A DNA stretch of 32,000 bases. Source: Okeania sp. (GTDB lineage: Bacteria > Cyanobacteriota > Cyanobacteriia > Cyanobacteriales > Microcoleaceae). This document shows, piece after piece, positions 1 to 9,191 of this stretch (positions are counted from its first letter, which is position 1; each line of letters opens with the position of its first letter). Location: contig NZ_JAYKGW010000226.1 of NCBI RefSeq assembly GCF_035285525.1, positions 19,156-51,155 of the forward strand, written 5' to 3'. The notes under the pieces were generated by a model. The model did not search any database and had not been told where the DNA came from. It worked only from the letters and a program-made list of their open reading frames with translations. The position numbers and the translations under genes are program-made.

Positions 1-198
1 CTTAACAAATAACTGATCTATTGCTTCTATTTATAATAACTTTTGTTAAGAAATGATTCTCTATCTATCAATTAGTAAAAATTGATTTAGATTAAAAAAA
101 GTCATTGAAAAAATCTAGAAGCAACTTCAGCAGATATCAATTTGAAAAAATTGTTGTCTGTTTATACACCTATAACTGTTCATCATTTAGCCATGAAC

Positions 199-411
199 AT
201 GGAAACTTTAGAATTCATTATTCATCCAGATGGCCGAGTCCAGGAAAAAGTTACTGGTATTGTCGGTAACTCCTGTACAGAAGTAACTGCGGCGATCGAA
301 GCTGAGTTAGGTATTGTCCTCACTCAACAATCAACTTCCGAATACTTTGCGCAACAGCAGCATCAGTCTGATACTGCTAAAACGCAGGTTTCTTCTTTTA
401 GCAATTGGTAA
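199..411 (+). CDS. DUF2997-family small protein (usual partner of Ycf35/DUF1257)
   Basis: Track ORF is 142-411. The family-like part begins METLEFIIHPDGRVQEKVTGIVG..C.EVTAAIEAELG. ATG at 199 (alternative ATG 193; the track start at 142 is TTG). It is followed 20 nt later by ycf35. Confidence 0.7.
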   Translation: METLEFIIHPDGRVQEKVTGIVGNSCTEVTAAIEAELGIVLTQQSTSEYFAQQQHQSDTAKTQVSSFSNW

Positions 412-431
412 AAATTTTTTTTAAGATAACT

Positions 432-818
432 ATGTCACACTTTAGTCAAATCAAAACTCAAATTCGTAATCTGAATTCTTTACAGTCTGCTCTCACAGAT
501 TTAGGTATTGACTGGAAATCTGGTCCTACAGAAGTCCGGGGTTATCGCGGACAAACTAGCACTGCTGAAGTAGTGATCGAACAAAAAAATGGGTATGACT
601 TAGGTTTTGCCTGGAATGGTAATGAATATGAGCTGGTTGCTGATTTACAATTTTGGCAACAAGCATGGTCTGTAGATCGCTTTGTGAAAATGGTGACTCA
701 AAGTTATGCTTTCCAGACTGTAGTTAAGGAAACTGCTAAACAAGGATTTCAAGTGACTGAACAGCAAAAAAATCAAGATGGTTCCATTCGTTTAGTTGTT
801 CAACGCTGGAGCGCCTAA
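432..818 (+). CDS. ycf35: Ycf35 (DUF1257) protein
   Basis: From the ATG at 432 the protein reads MSHFSQIKTQIRNLNSLQSALTDLGIDWK..., the characteristic Ycf35 N-terminus. The track start at 405 adds 9 unlikely residues. Confidence 0.8.
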   Translation: MSHFSQIKTQIRNLNSLQSALTDLGIDWKSGPTEVRGYRGQTSTAEVVIEQKNGYDLGFAWNGNEYELVADLQFWQQAWSVDRFVKMVTQSYAFQTVVKETAKQGFQVTEQQKNQDGSIRLVVQRWSA

Positions 819-841
819 ATAATGCATAATCGATAATTAAT

Positions 842-952
842 AGATATCTCCAGAAAAGAGGGAACAGGGAACAGAGAAGGTGGGAATAGGGAAGAATAAT
901 TGATAATTTCGTATGGGAGAATTGATTTCAATTTTTATTTTTGGAGATGTCT
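842..952. repeat. Small inverted-repeat element (ends agaYatctccaRaaaa)
   Basis: agatatctccagaaaag...tttttggagatgtct. A longer relative lies at 24658-24890. Confidence 0.6.
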
Positions 953-1101
953 AATAATGAAAACTATCTCTAAATTATCAATTATTCATTCACATCTAAA
1001 ATAGTGGATTAGGGAATCAGACTCTGCAGGGTTTGTGTAAACCTTAGAGTAACCATGAAAATTTCCGCTAAAACCCGTCCCTACCCTGTGCAACATTTAA
1101 T

Positions 1102-1195
1102 CAGGACTTACGCAAAGAAAGGCACTATATATAGATTCTTGGTGCGTTAGCGTAGCGTAACGCACCATACTAATAGCGTTCATGGGTAAGTCCTA
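1102..1195. mobile_element. MITE, CAGGACTTACGC-TIR family, type I core (94 bp)
   Basis: TIRs caggacttacgc / gggtaagtccta. The core hairpin is ggtgcgttagcgtagcgtaacgcacc. It is flanked by a 5-bp direct repeat ttaat (1097-1101 and 1196-1200). Confidence 0.85.
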
Positions 1196-1233
1196 TTAAT
1201 ATAAAACAGTCTAGTAGTGGATTGTTTCATCTT

Positions 1234-1390
1234 TAGGACTGACGTAAAGGTACTATATATAGCTTATCGGTGCGTTACGAGATACGCTTTACATGTCCCG
1301 TAGCGTTTCGGCGCTTGAGCCGACATATAAAGCGGAGCTTTGCGGAACGCAAAACACACCCTACTGATAGCGTTCATGGCTTTAGTCCTG
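1234..1390. mobile_element. MITE, same family, long type I variant (157 bp)
   Basis: Degenerate TIRs taggactgacg / ctttagtcctg. TSD atctt (1229-1233 and 1391-1395). It carries the insert found in the 28596-28751 copy. Confidence 0.8.
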
Positions 1391-1579
1391 ATCTTAATTA
1401 ATGGTGCAATAGGAAGTTGGCCTGAGATTGCTTTCGGTCCGGAATGCTAGGCAAACACTGTCGTTCGCAATGACAAATAATCATGCACTATTTAGTTGAA
1501 ACAGTCTAGTAGAGTGCGTTAGCCGAACGAAGTGGAGCGTAACGCACCTTAATCAATATACTGATAACTTATAACTGAA

Positions 1580-2011
1580 ATGACAAAATCCTTTCCTGAA
1601 GCTAACACTGAACGCTCCGGTTTTGAACCAGAACTTGGTGGAATATTACGGGATGCTCCTGAACGTTCGGGTTTTGAACCAGAACTTGGTGGAGTGTTGC
1701 GACAAAAAGGGGTCTACGTTGATGAAATTACCTGTATTGGTTGTAAACACTGCGCTCACGTTGCTCATAATACCTTTTATATAGAACCTGAACATGGGCG
1801 ATCCCGAGTTTTTCAGCAATATGGCGATTCTGAAGGATTAATCCAAGAAGCGATCGATACTTGTCCGGTTGATTGTATTCACTGGGTTGATTATACTAAA
1901 CTGAAAACATTGGAAGCAGAACGCAAGTATCAGGTTATTCCTATTGCTGGCGGTCCAGTTGAGCATAGTCCAACGAGTATTGCTAATCATAAGCGGAAAT
2001 TTAAACTATAG
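1580..2011 (+). CDS. Single [4Fe-4S]/[3Fe-4S] ferredoxin-domain protein with repeated N-terminal extension
   Basis: Motif VDEITCIGCKHCAHVAHNTF...IDTCPVDCIHWV (CxxCxxC...CP). The N-terminus carries two 17-aa repeats, ERSGFEPELGG(I/V)LR. Confidence 0.75.
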   Translation: MTKSFPEANTERSGFEPELGGILRDAPERSGFEPELGGVLRQKGVYVDEITCIGCKHCAHVAHNTFYIEPEHGRSRVFQQYGDSEGLIQEAIDTCPVDCIHWVDYTKLKTLEAERKYQVIPIAGGPVEHSPTSIANHKRKFKL

Positions 2012-2091
2012 ATTATATCATTTCCGGATCAGATCGCGATCGAACTCCGTTCCGCTGACGCGACCAAAAACTTTTATTTCTTTGAATCAAT

Positions 2092-2511
2092 CAGGACTTA
2101 CGCTACCCTAAGTATATATAGAGTCTTGGTGCGTTACGCTACCCTAAGTATATATAGAGTCTTGGTGCGTTACGCTACCCTAACGCACCCTACCAATAGC
2201 GTTTATGCGTAAGTCCTAATACAGTAAAAAAACTATTGTGCAATAGTTTTAAACACACGCTACCCTAAGTATATATAGAGTCTTGGTGCGTTACGCTACC
2301 AATAGCGTTTATGCGTAAGTCCTAATACAGTAAAAAAACTATTGTGCAATAGTTTTAACCACACCCTACCCTAAGTATATATAGAGTCTTGGTGCGTTAC
2401 GCTACCCTAACGCACCCTACCAATAGCGTTCATGCGTAAGTCCTAATACAGTAAAAAAACTATTGTGCAATAGTTTTAACCACTATATCTAGGGTAACAG
2501 CGTAAGTCCTG
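2092..2511. mobile_element. Composite/amplified MITE of the same family (420 bp)
   Basis: One left TIR (2092) and four right-TIR copies ending at 2217, 2323, 2444 and 2510. The internal segment taccctaagtatatatagagtcttggtgcgttacgc is duplicated. There are three copies of the acagtaaaaaaactattgtgcaatagttttaac hairpin module. The whole element is flanked by TSD tcaat (2087-2091 and 2512-2516). Confidence 0.8.
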
Positions 2512-2565
2512 TCAATATTCCCTTCTGCTTCCCCCCTTTCACTCATGGGGTTGGGGGGATTTCCT

Positions 2566-2642
2566 CATCGCCATAACCAAAACCTTGTAGGGACTATGTA
2601 ACGTCCCTACTGTTGTCTGTCGAAATTAAAACCGCTGTAATC
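2566..2642. repeat. Dispersed about 77-bp element with gtagggac...gtccctac hairpin
   Basis: catcgccataaccaaaacc-ttgtagggac..gtccctac-..aaaaccgctgtaatc. Related copies lie at 12297-12367 and 24432-24513, and the hairpin alone at 29943-29970. Confidence 0.75.
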
Positions 2643-2688
2643 TTGTTTTGGTATTATACCCATAAGAAATAATTTCTGAGAAAAAACT

Positions 2689-2741
2689 GTAGGGGTTTGG
2701 TCTCCAAACCCAAGCTTAAAGAGGTTTAGAGACCAAACCTC
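2689..2741. repeat. Palindromic gtaggggtttggtctccaaaccc hairpin repeat
   Basis: Same motif family at 15348-15374, 16325-16396, 26997-27020, 29391-29415, and inside 2757-2898. Confidence 0.8.
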
Positions 2742-2756
2742 GTTAGATAAAATCTA

Positions 2757-2898
2757 ATATCAAATCCCCTTGCTTTGGAGAATAAGGTTTACCATCAATG
2801 TTGGCGAAAATTGATAGTTTGTAAGGGTACGGTTCCCGAAAAATTGGAGACCAAACCCCTACGATATTGAATTTTACCGATACTACCGGATTTGATAT
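2757..2898. mobile_element. MITE-like element with atatcaaatc / gatttgatat TIRs (142 bp)
   Basis: 10-bp perfect TIRs. The interior is collinear with the reverse complement of 26962-27090. A partial copy lies at about 29385-29455. Confidence 0.7.
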
Positions 2899-2934
2899 AA
2901 CAACCTATTTAGGATTGCTATGGGTTAAAAATGC

Positions 2935-5900
2935 CTATGCTACAATTACTGACCCTAGCACTATATCAATACTATCTAATACTTTTTGAAACTCTTGAAC
3001 TAAAAGAGTAGCTTTGGTAGACAAGACTTCTATATTACAAGTTTTATTTCGTAAATCTTTCTCTAAAGCGGCAGCAGATTTGTAGAGAATCTCTGCTCCA
3101 ATATTACCTCCCATTCCTTTCAGGGAGTGAACCAAATATAATGCCTTAGTTAAATCTCCCTGGTTGATAGATGCCAGGATTTCGGTCTGATAGTCTTCTT
3201 CAGAGGTTTGAAAAAGTTTCAGAATCTCCTGATAACTATCCCAGTCACCACCTATAAGCTCTAAACCTAGCTTGACATTCAAACTAGGTAAAGCTGCTAA
3301 ATTAGTATTTGAAACAGAAGTCTTTTTGGGCAAAACCCTAGAGAAATTATTGGTAGCGATCGCAGAACTTTGAGTAGGAGCAATCCACTTATAGAGAGTA
3401 TTATATAATTCTTGGGGATTAACAGGTTTGGAGAGATGCGCGTTCATACCAACTGCCGAACATTTGGTTTTATCTATATCCATCGCATTCGCTGTGATAG
3501 CAATAATTGGTACAGTAGCTAACCACTTTGTTTCATTATTATTCTCATCTGCTAGAGACCGGATTAATCTAGTTGCCTCTAAACCATCCATTTCCGGCAT
3601 TCTAATATCCATCAAAATTAGATCGTAACTACTCTCTTGAACTTTAGCGATCGCTTCTTTTCCATTGTTTGCGCAATCTACATTCATCTTCACCTTTTCT
3701 AATAATTCTTGACCAATTTGTCGGTTGATTGCATTGTCTTCTACCAGTAAAATCTTAGCTCCCTGAATTTTCTCAAGTTCTACTAAGCTAGAAAATTGAT
3801 GTTCTCTGAGGTGATTAGCTCCAAGAAAACCATTAGATGATTTTACGTCATCAGTATCACTTTGTTTCCTAGAATAGCCAAACTCTAGTTCAAAATAAAA
3901 TGTACTACCTTTACCCAGTTCACTCTTGATTCCAATACTGCTTCCCATCATTTCAATCAAACCTTTGCAAATTGCTAGTCCGAGTCCGGTTCCACCATGC
4001 TTGCGACTGATGGAAGCATCACCTTGGGTAAAAGATTGAAATAGTCTTTCAATTTTAGACTCACTAATACCAGTCCCTGTATCTTGTACCTCATACTTGA
4101 GACGCACCATTTGATCAGTACAACTAACCTGTTCCACTTTAATCGCCACAAAACCACTTTCAGTAAATTTAACCGCATTGCTCCCTAGATTCATCAATAC
4201 CTGAGTTAAGCGCAAAGGATCTCCAATTAAATATTGGGGAATATCATCCCCAATTTTAAAAAGCAGTTCTAATCCTTTTTCCGCAGCTTTGAGACTAATA
4301 ATATTATTGATTTGATTTAAGACTTGAGCTAATTCAAATCGAATAGATTCCAATTCCATTTTCCCGACTTCGATTTTAGAAAAGTCAAGGATGTCATTGA
4401 TGATTGCTAGCAATGATTCCCCGGAACTATGAATTTTGTCGAGGTAGTCTTCCTGATTAGGTTGAAGAGGAGTTTGTTTGACTAAATGAGTAAGTCCGAT
4501 AATACCATTCATCGGAGTCCTGATTTCGTGACTGATGAGAGCTAAAAATTCACTCTTAGCCCGGTTAGCATATTCGGCCGCTTCTTTTGCTTCTCGCATT
4601 TCTTGGTATGCTTTTGCTTGTTGGATAGCAATGGCAATATGAATAGATAACCGTTGCACTAAATTAATTTCATCTGTTTTCCAAGTGTAAGCATCTTGGT
4701 GAGTTGCCACCATCAAACCCCATAGTTGATCTTCGACAACAATAGGTACAACTAAAGCATTACAAATATCAGAGCTAACACAAATTTCTTGAGATTTTTC
4801 TTGAGTTCGTTGTGATTTCCATAGTATGTCATTGACTAACCGAATTTCACCATTGCGATATCGATCGATCCATGTTGGAGAAACCAAGCTATGAGGAAGT
4901 TCTAAATTTAATAGCGATCGCTCACCTTCTGCAACCGACTCAGCAACCACAATATCAGAAAATTCAGGACGAAATTGGTAAATTATTGCCCGATGGCATT
5001 TTAACATTAAACGAAATTCTCGCACAGATGTATCCAGAATATTCTGCAAATCCCAAAATGAGCGAATTTGCTCCATTACCGTCATCAGTAATTTTTCTTG
5101 TTCCACTTTTGCTTTTAGAGCAGCACTCCGCTCATCCAACAGACTTTCTAGTTCCATAGTGCGACTTTCCAGCAATTTAATTCGCTCTGCTTCTAAGCGC
5201 ACCACATGTTGTTCCAAAACTTCCATTAATTTATGAACTTCTAAGGGATTAATACCTTGCAACACATTAGTTTGAGTAACGATACCTAAAATCTCTCCCT
5301 GTTTCCCTGTCACTACTAATCGACGGATATTTTGTTCCTCCATGAGCTGTAGAGCAACCAAAAGTGAAGCATCTGGCTTAATTTCTAGAATCGGTTTACT
5401 CATTACCGTCTCTGCGGTGCAATTTTCTAGATTTAAGTTCAATGCTTGAAATCTTACCACATCTTGTTCCGTGATTATTCCTACTGGAATTTTTAGGGGT
5501 TGTGTACTCGTACCACCCGGTTCTACAATCACAACCGAACTAATTTTATATTCTGCCATAAGTTTAGCGATCGCCAACACAGAAGTATCTGGTGTTGCAC
5601 AAACCACCTCATAGTTCATCACCTCTCTCACCAGATGTACTTTGAGGAAGTCAGTTGGTTGGTAGATTTGTCGCAAACTTTCATGGGTTAACAATCCAAC
5701 TAAGTGGTCTTGGTCATCTATGATTGGTAAGTGACGAATTTTATATTGCTGAAGCAGGTTGATTGCAGAAAACAAATCAGTCAAATCTGATTCCCGCATG
5801 GTCATCACAGAACTTGTCATCATCTGACTTATTACCAAATTATCTAAAGATTGCTCTTCAGCACTAAGGTGAACCACATCGCGCTCAGTCAGAATACCCA

Positions 5901-6552
5901 CTATTTGATCTTCTGCAACCACTAACACACAACTTGCTCTTGACTGTTGAACATGGTCTTTCTCTGGTTTTGCTTTAATTTGATGAGATAGCGATCGCTC
6001 TTGACTCATCAGGTTCACAGCTTCTTTCACTGTTGTCTCTGGACTAACAACCAAAGGATTACGGATTATTGCCAACTTCAAATCTAGCTGAGTAATAACT
6101 GTGCTGCGAACGGCAACTTGACTAACACAGGTGCATAGTAAATTAGGGGTAATATCTTCCTTCACCAGATAATCTGCTGCTCCCAATTTCATGGCGCGTA
6201 TTGCTACCCGTTCATCTCCCATACCAGTCAGCACAATTACTGGTAATTTCTCTTTAGGGTAGTTAGTCGCAATTTCTTCTAAAAATTCTAATCCATCTCC
6301 ATCTGGTAAGTTGACATCCACCAGAGCAATATCTGGTTTCTCCGACTCCCACATTTCTATTCCTTCTTCTAAAGTTTCTACTTCTATGATGCGGTAAGTG
6401 TTGTGTGGGTCTGATTTCAGATAACGAATATAGGTAAAACGATCTACCTCAGAATCATCCAAAAGTAAAATAGTTATCTTAGATAATAATACTTCTGGTT
6501 TACTGACATTGTTGTTAATATGGGAGTTTTGAGTGGAGATTGGATTAGACAT
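2935..6552 (-). CDS. Hybrid sensor histidine kinase: REC - 4xCBS - GAF - HisKA/HATPase - REC - HPt
   Basis: N-terminal receiver ([12 protein letters not shown]) and four CBS-like units (..[39 protein letters not shown]). GAF domain ([10 protein letters not shown]). H-box [13 protein letters not shown]-box [10 protein letters not shown]-boxes QDTGTGI and GGTGLGLAI. Second receiver ([13 protein letters not shown]) and HPt ([11 protein letters not shown]). The track start at 6588 is a TTG inside a heptamer repeat, so the ATG at 6552 (MSNPIST) is preferred. Confidence 0.9.
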   Translation of the reverse strand: MSNPISTQNSHINNNVSKPEVLLSKITILLLDDSEVDRFTYIRYLKSDPHNTYRIIEVETLEEGIEMWESEKPDIALVDVNLPDGDGLEFLEEIATNYPKEKLPVIVLTGMGDERVAIRAMKLGAADYLVKEDITPNLLCTCVSQVAVRSTVITQLDLKLAIIRNPLVVSPETTVKEAVNLMSQERSLSHQIKAKPEKDHVQQSRASCVLVVAEDQIVGILTERDVVHLSAEEQSLDNLVISQMMTSSVMTMRESDLTDLFSAINLLQQYKIRHLPIIDDQDHLVGLLTHESLRQIYQPTDFLKVHLVREVMNYEVVCATPDTSVLAIAKLMAEYKISSVVIVEPGGTSTQPLKIPVGIITEQDVVRFQALNLNLENCTAETVMSKPILEIKPDASLLVALQLMEEQNIRRLVVTGKQGEILGIVTQTNVLQGINPLEVHKLMEVLEQHVVRLEAERIKLLESRTMELESLLDERSAALKAKVEQEKLLMTVMEQIRSFWDLQNILDTSVREFRLMLKCHRAIIYQFRPEFSDIVVAESVAEGERSLLNLELPHSLVSPTWIDRYRNGEIRLVNDILWKSQRTQEKSQEICVSSDICNALVVPIVVEDQLWGLMVATHQDAYTWKTDEINLVQRLSIHIAIAIQQAKAYQEMREAKEAAEYANRAKSEFLALISHEIRTPMNGIIGLTHLVKQTPLQPNQEDYLDKIHSSGESLLAIINDILDFSKIEVGKMELESIRFELAQVLNQINNIISLKAAEKGLELLFKIGDDIPQYLIGDPLRLTQVLMNLGSNAVKFTESGFVAIKVEQVSCTDQMVRLKYEVQDTGTGISESKIERLFQSFTQGDASISRKHGGTGLGLAICKGLIEMMGSSIGIKSELGKGSTFYFELEFGYSRKQSDTDDVKSSNGFLGANHLREHQFSSLVELEKIQGAKILLVEDNAINRQIGQELLEKVKMNVDCANNGKEAIAKVQESSYDLILMDIRMPEMDGLEATRLIRSLADENNNETKWLATVPIIAITANAMDIDKTKCSAVGMNAHLSKPVNPQELYNTLYKWIAPTQSSAIATNNFSRVLPKKTSVSNTNLAALPSLNVKLGLELIGGDWDSYQEILKLFQTSEEDYQTEILASINQGDLTKALYLVHSLKGMGGNIGAEILYKSAAALEKDLRNKTCNIEVLSTKATLLVQEFQKVLDSIDIVLGSVIVA

Positions 6553-6721
6553 TTTTCTGAATAAATAGTCAGTAATTTCAGTTATCAATTATCAGTACCT
6601 ATAGCTGCAGCCAAATTATTTAAATAGTAAATCGAATATTTTTTTTCATCTCTTGGAAAAAGGAGACTTGAGACCTTAATTTGCTTAGAGCTAAAGGTAT
6701 AGATATATGTTATAACTTATG

Positions 6722-6815
6722 CAGACACCGGGTTTACTCAGAAAATTTTGTGACTTGAAAAACAACAATCAAGATAATAGACCCGATTTTGATTTGCCTG
6801 AGTAAGTTCTGATAT
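6722..6815. repeat. Decayed MITE-like element in the rcp-HK spacer
   Basis: ccgggtttactcag...cctgagtaag ends, with a weak resemblance to the type II MITE core. Confidence 0.35.
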
Positions 6816-6964
6816 TTTATCAAATAATAACATATTTAATGCCAAAAATTCTTAATGTTAAGATACTTTGTATAAATTTTTGTAAAGTAATAACAATAAG
6901 ACTGATGTATAGCCCCCCTTATGTAGTAGGAACTAAATGCCCTTAACCCCCAAACTTAGGATTA

Positions 6965-7435
6965 TTATATATAACTATTTATAGGCAGAATAACTGTTCT
7001 AAACCAATAAGATAAAAAGTTTTCTATATTTGTATGGAAATCTTTAATATTAACTGGTTTTTCCATATAACTATTCACTCCTTGTTCATAACAAATATGA
7101 ATATCTTGTGGATTTGATGAAGTTGAAAGTACAACTACAGGAATTGTTTTAAGTTCTTGATTGTTTTTAATCACTTTAATTACTTCTCGTCCATCGGTTC
7201 CTGGGAGGTTTAAATCTATTAAAATTATTGTCGGACGGGGTGCTATTTTCGGATCTGAATATTCTCCGGTATTAAACAAAAAGTCTAGAGCTTCATCTCC
7301 ATCTAAACAGTGATATATAGGATGCTGAAAATCTAGCTTTTTCATTATTCTAGTTAATGCAGCGTAATCTTCTTCATTATCTTCAATTACTAACAAAGAT
7401 AAATTTTTTTTTAAATTATTGTTGATTTTATTCAT
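6965..7435 (-). CDS. Single-domain response regulator, Rcp1-like (phytochrome-associated receiver)
   Basis: LLVIEDNEEDY...ILIDLNLPGTDGREV...IPVVVLSTS...EKPV, with no output domain. ATG at 7435 (MNKINNN). The upstream ATG at 7468 lies inside a repeat that recurs at 8220. Confidence 0.85.
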   Translation of the reverse strand: MNKINNNLKKNLSLLVIEDNEEDYAALTRIMKKLDFQHPIYHCLDGDEALDFLFNTGEYSDPKIAPRPTIILIDLNLPGTDGREVIKVIKNNQELKTIPVVVLSTSSNPQDIHICYEQGVNSYMEKPVNIKDFHTNIENFLSYWFRTVILPINSYI

Positions 7436-7464
7436 TGGAAAAGGGAATAATGGTAATAAAGGTG

Positions 7465-7581
7465 TCATTTCAGTTATCAGTAGAGAGTGAACTTCCGACT
7501 AAATTCGGAGGCTTTAAATACTGAGTTAATTTTTTTCATCGCCGAAGACGGGGGAGGCTTTATACCTCTTTTTTTTGGTAA
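7465..7581. repeat. About 120-bp repeat, copy 1 (covers the rcp 5' leader)
   Basis: tcatttcagttatcag..agagtgaac.t.cgactaaatt.ggaggctt.aa..actgagtta...ttttttcatc.ccgaa.a.ggggg..ctttatacctc.ttttttggtaa. It aligns along its whole length with 8220-8343. Confidence 0.85.
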
Positions 7582-8057
7582 TCATTCAGCCATAATAAGA
7601 GTGCTTTTAGTTTTTGATAAAAGCTTTATTATTCAGAATGAAATTTTACGATAAAAGCCAGTTTTAAGTAAGCATTCAGCTATCAGCTTTTCAAGGTAAT
7701 AAGTTACTAAGGTTAGTAAGTAGTAAGGTTAGCTGATGATATTTTTATTTATATTTATATTTTACTTCTTGGAGAATAATTCCTCCTGACAAACAACATG
7801 AGTTAACGACTAATGGCTGACGGCTAAATGCTTACAGTTTTCACTTTCTTGATTCCTTTAAATATCCTCCTTAAGCTGGAGATTTTTATTGCTAATAGCT
7901 GTTGGCGCAGCATTTTGCCGGAAATGCTTACTTAAAGGTAATAATTTTTTAAAGTTATTATCTATAAATATAGATTGGATTTTTGACAAAATATCTAGGT
8001 TCACTATAACAATTATTAATCAGTTGTAAAAAAAATTATAATAGTGAATTTAAACTA

Positions 8058-8168
8058 TATAGCAATCCTATTTTATTTGTGTATAAAAATCCTACTACTT
8101 TTAGGGAATAGGTATAGAGGCAATAGGCAATGGGTAAAATTTTCAGAGTTTATTTCTAGTTTTTGATT
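8058..8168. repeat. Dispersed repeat ending in ..aaataggattgctata (reverse orientation)
   Basis: Its reverse complement aligns at roughly 80% identity, by eye, with 13161-13263. Confidence 0.7.
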
Positions 8169-8219
8169 TGTTGCAACCTATGCACGGATTGCTATAGTAA
8201 TCATAGTTTTGTGGTGAGG

Positions 8220-8343
8220 TCATTTCAGTTATCAGTTATCAATAAAGAGTGAACCTTCGACTAAATTTGGAGGCTTGAAAGACTGAGTTAAATATTTTTT
8301 CATCCCCGAATAAGGGGGGACTTTATACCTCATTTTTTGGTAA
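8220..8343. repeat. About 120-bp repeat, copy 2 (755 bp upstream of copy 1, no gene attached)
   Basis: See the 7465-7581 copy. It also retains the atgac start-like end (ggtcat on the plus strand at 8218-8223). Confidence 0.85.
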
Positions 8344-9191
8344 AAAAAACTGGGTTTTAGGGAACAGGGAACAGGTATGGAGAGAATAGAATAAAAATAG
8401 ATGTGCCTTATAACTTTGGGAAACGCTATAAAACCCTTGAATATTATTTATTAATTATGTAATAATTTAGCAGTCAGCCGTCAGCTATCAGCTATTATTT
8501 TTTATTTTACATAAAAACTTTATTTAAACCCCAGCCTTTAAGAGCAAAGTTTTATTGAGCCAGAATTAATCTTAACTACAAAAAACTGGTCTTATAGCTG
8601 ATAGTTAATAGCTCAGTTCTCACTTAATTATAACTCCTAACTGCCACCAAAATCTTGCGACATATAGCGTATTTAATTTTCAGCAATTAATAATGAACAA
8701 TTAATCATTGCCCCTTCTTCAAAGAAGGGGATTGACTAATCATGAACATTTTTGATTTATCCCCTAGGATAGGGGAGGCTTCCAGCCGTGAATTATGAAT
8801 TATTAATTATTCGGTAAGCATTTCCTGCGGAATGCACTCCCATTCAGCTATTAGTAGTTAGCCCTTCCTCCGGAATGCACTCCCATTCAACTTTTCCTGG
8901 GTTATGGTATTTAACTTTCCGGAGTGAAAATAATTCCTCTTTCCAGAATCATGAATTAATAACTCATTACTGTTAGCTAAGAGTTGACGAATGAATACTT
9001 ATATTTAATCTGAATATGCTAAAGTTATTACCAATAGAGAATTAATAATTAGAGGTATAGCAATCATAAATTAGATGTGAGAACTCCTGCATAAACCAAG
9101 TTTAATAGAATGACAGTACCATTTATATCCTCTTCTCACAAATCACAACTGACTGCTATAGTTTTGATTATTAATTATCAATTATGAATTA

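Noticed and set aside
3428-5691. Track ORFs 3428-3628(+), 3975-4178(-), 4872-5159(+) and 5500-5691(+) inside the hybrid kinase gene
   Set aside because: They are antisense or off-frame shadows of a well-supported 1205-aa CDS, with low-complexity or odd composition and no family resemblance.
6553-6588. Longer N-termini given by the ORF track (TTG 6588 for the hybrid kinase, ATG 7468 for rcp, 26722 for murE, 405 for ycf35, 142 for DUF2997)
   Set aside because: The extensions run through heptamer or dispersed repeats, or add residues absent from the family N-termini. Internal ATG codons give canonical starts. This is not verified experimentally.
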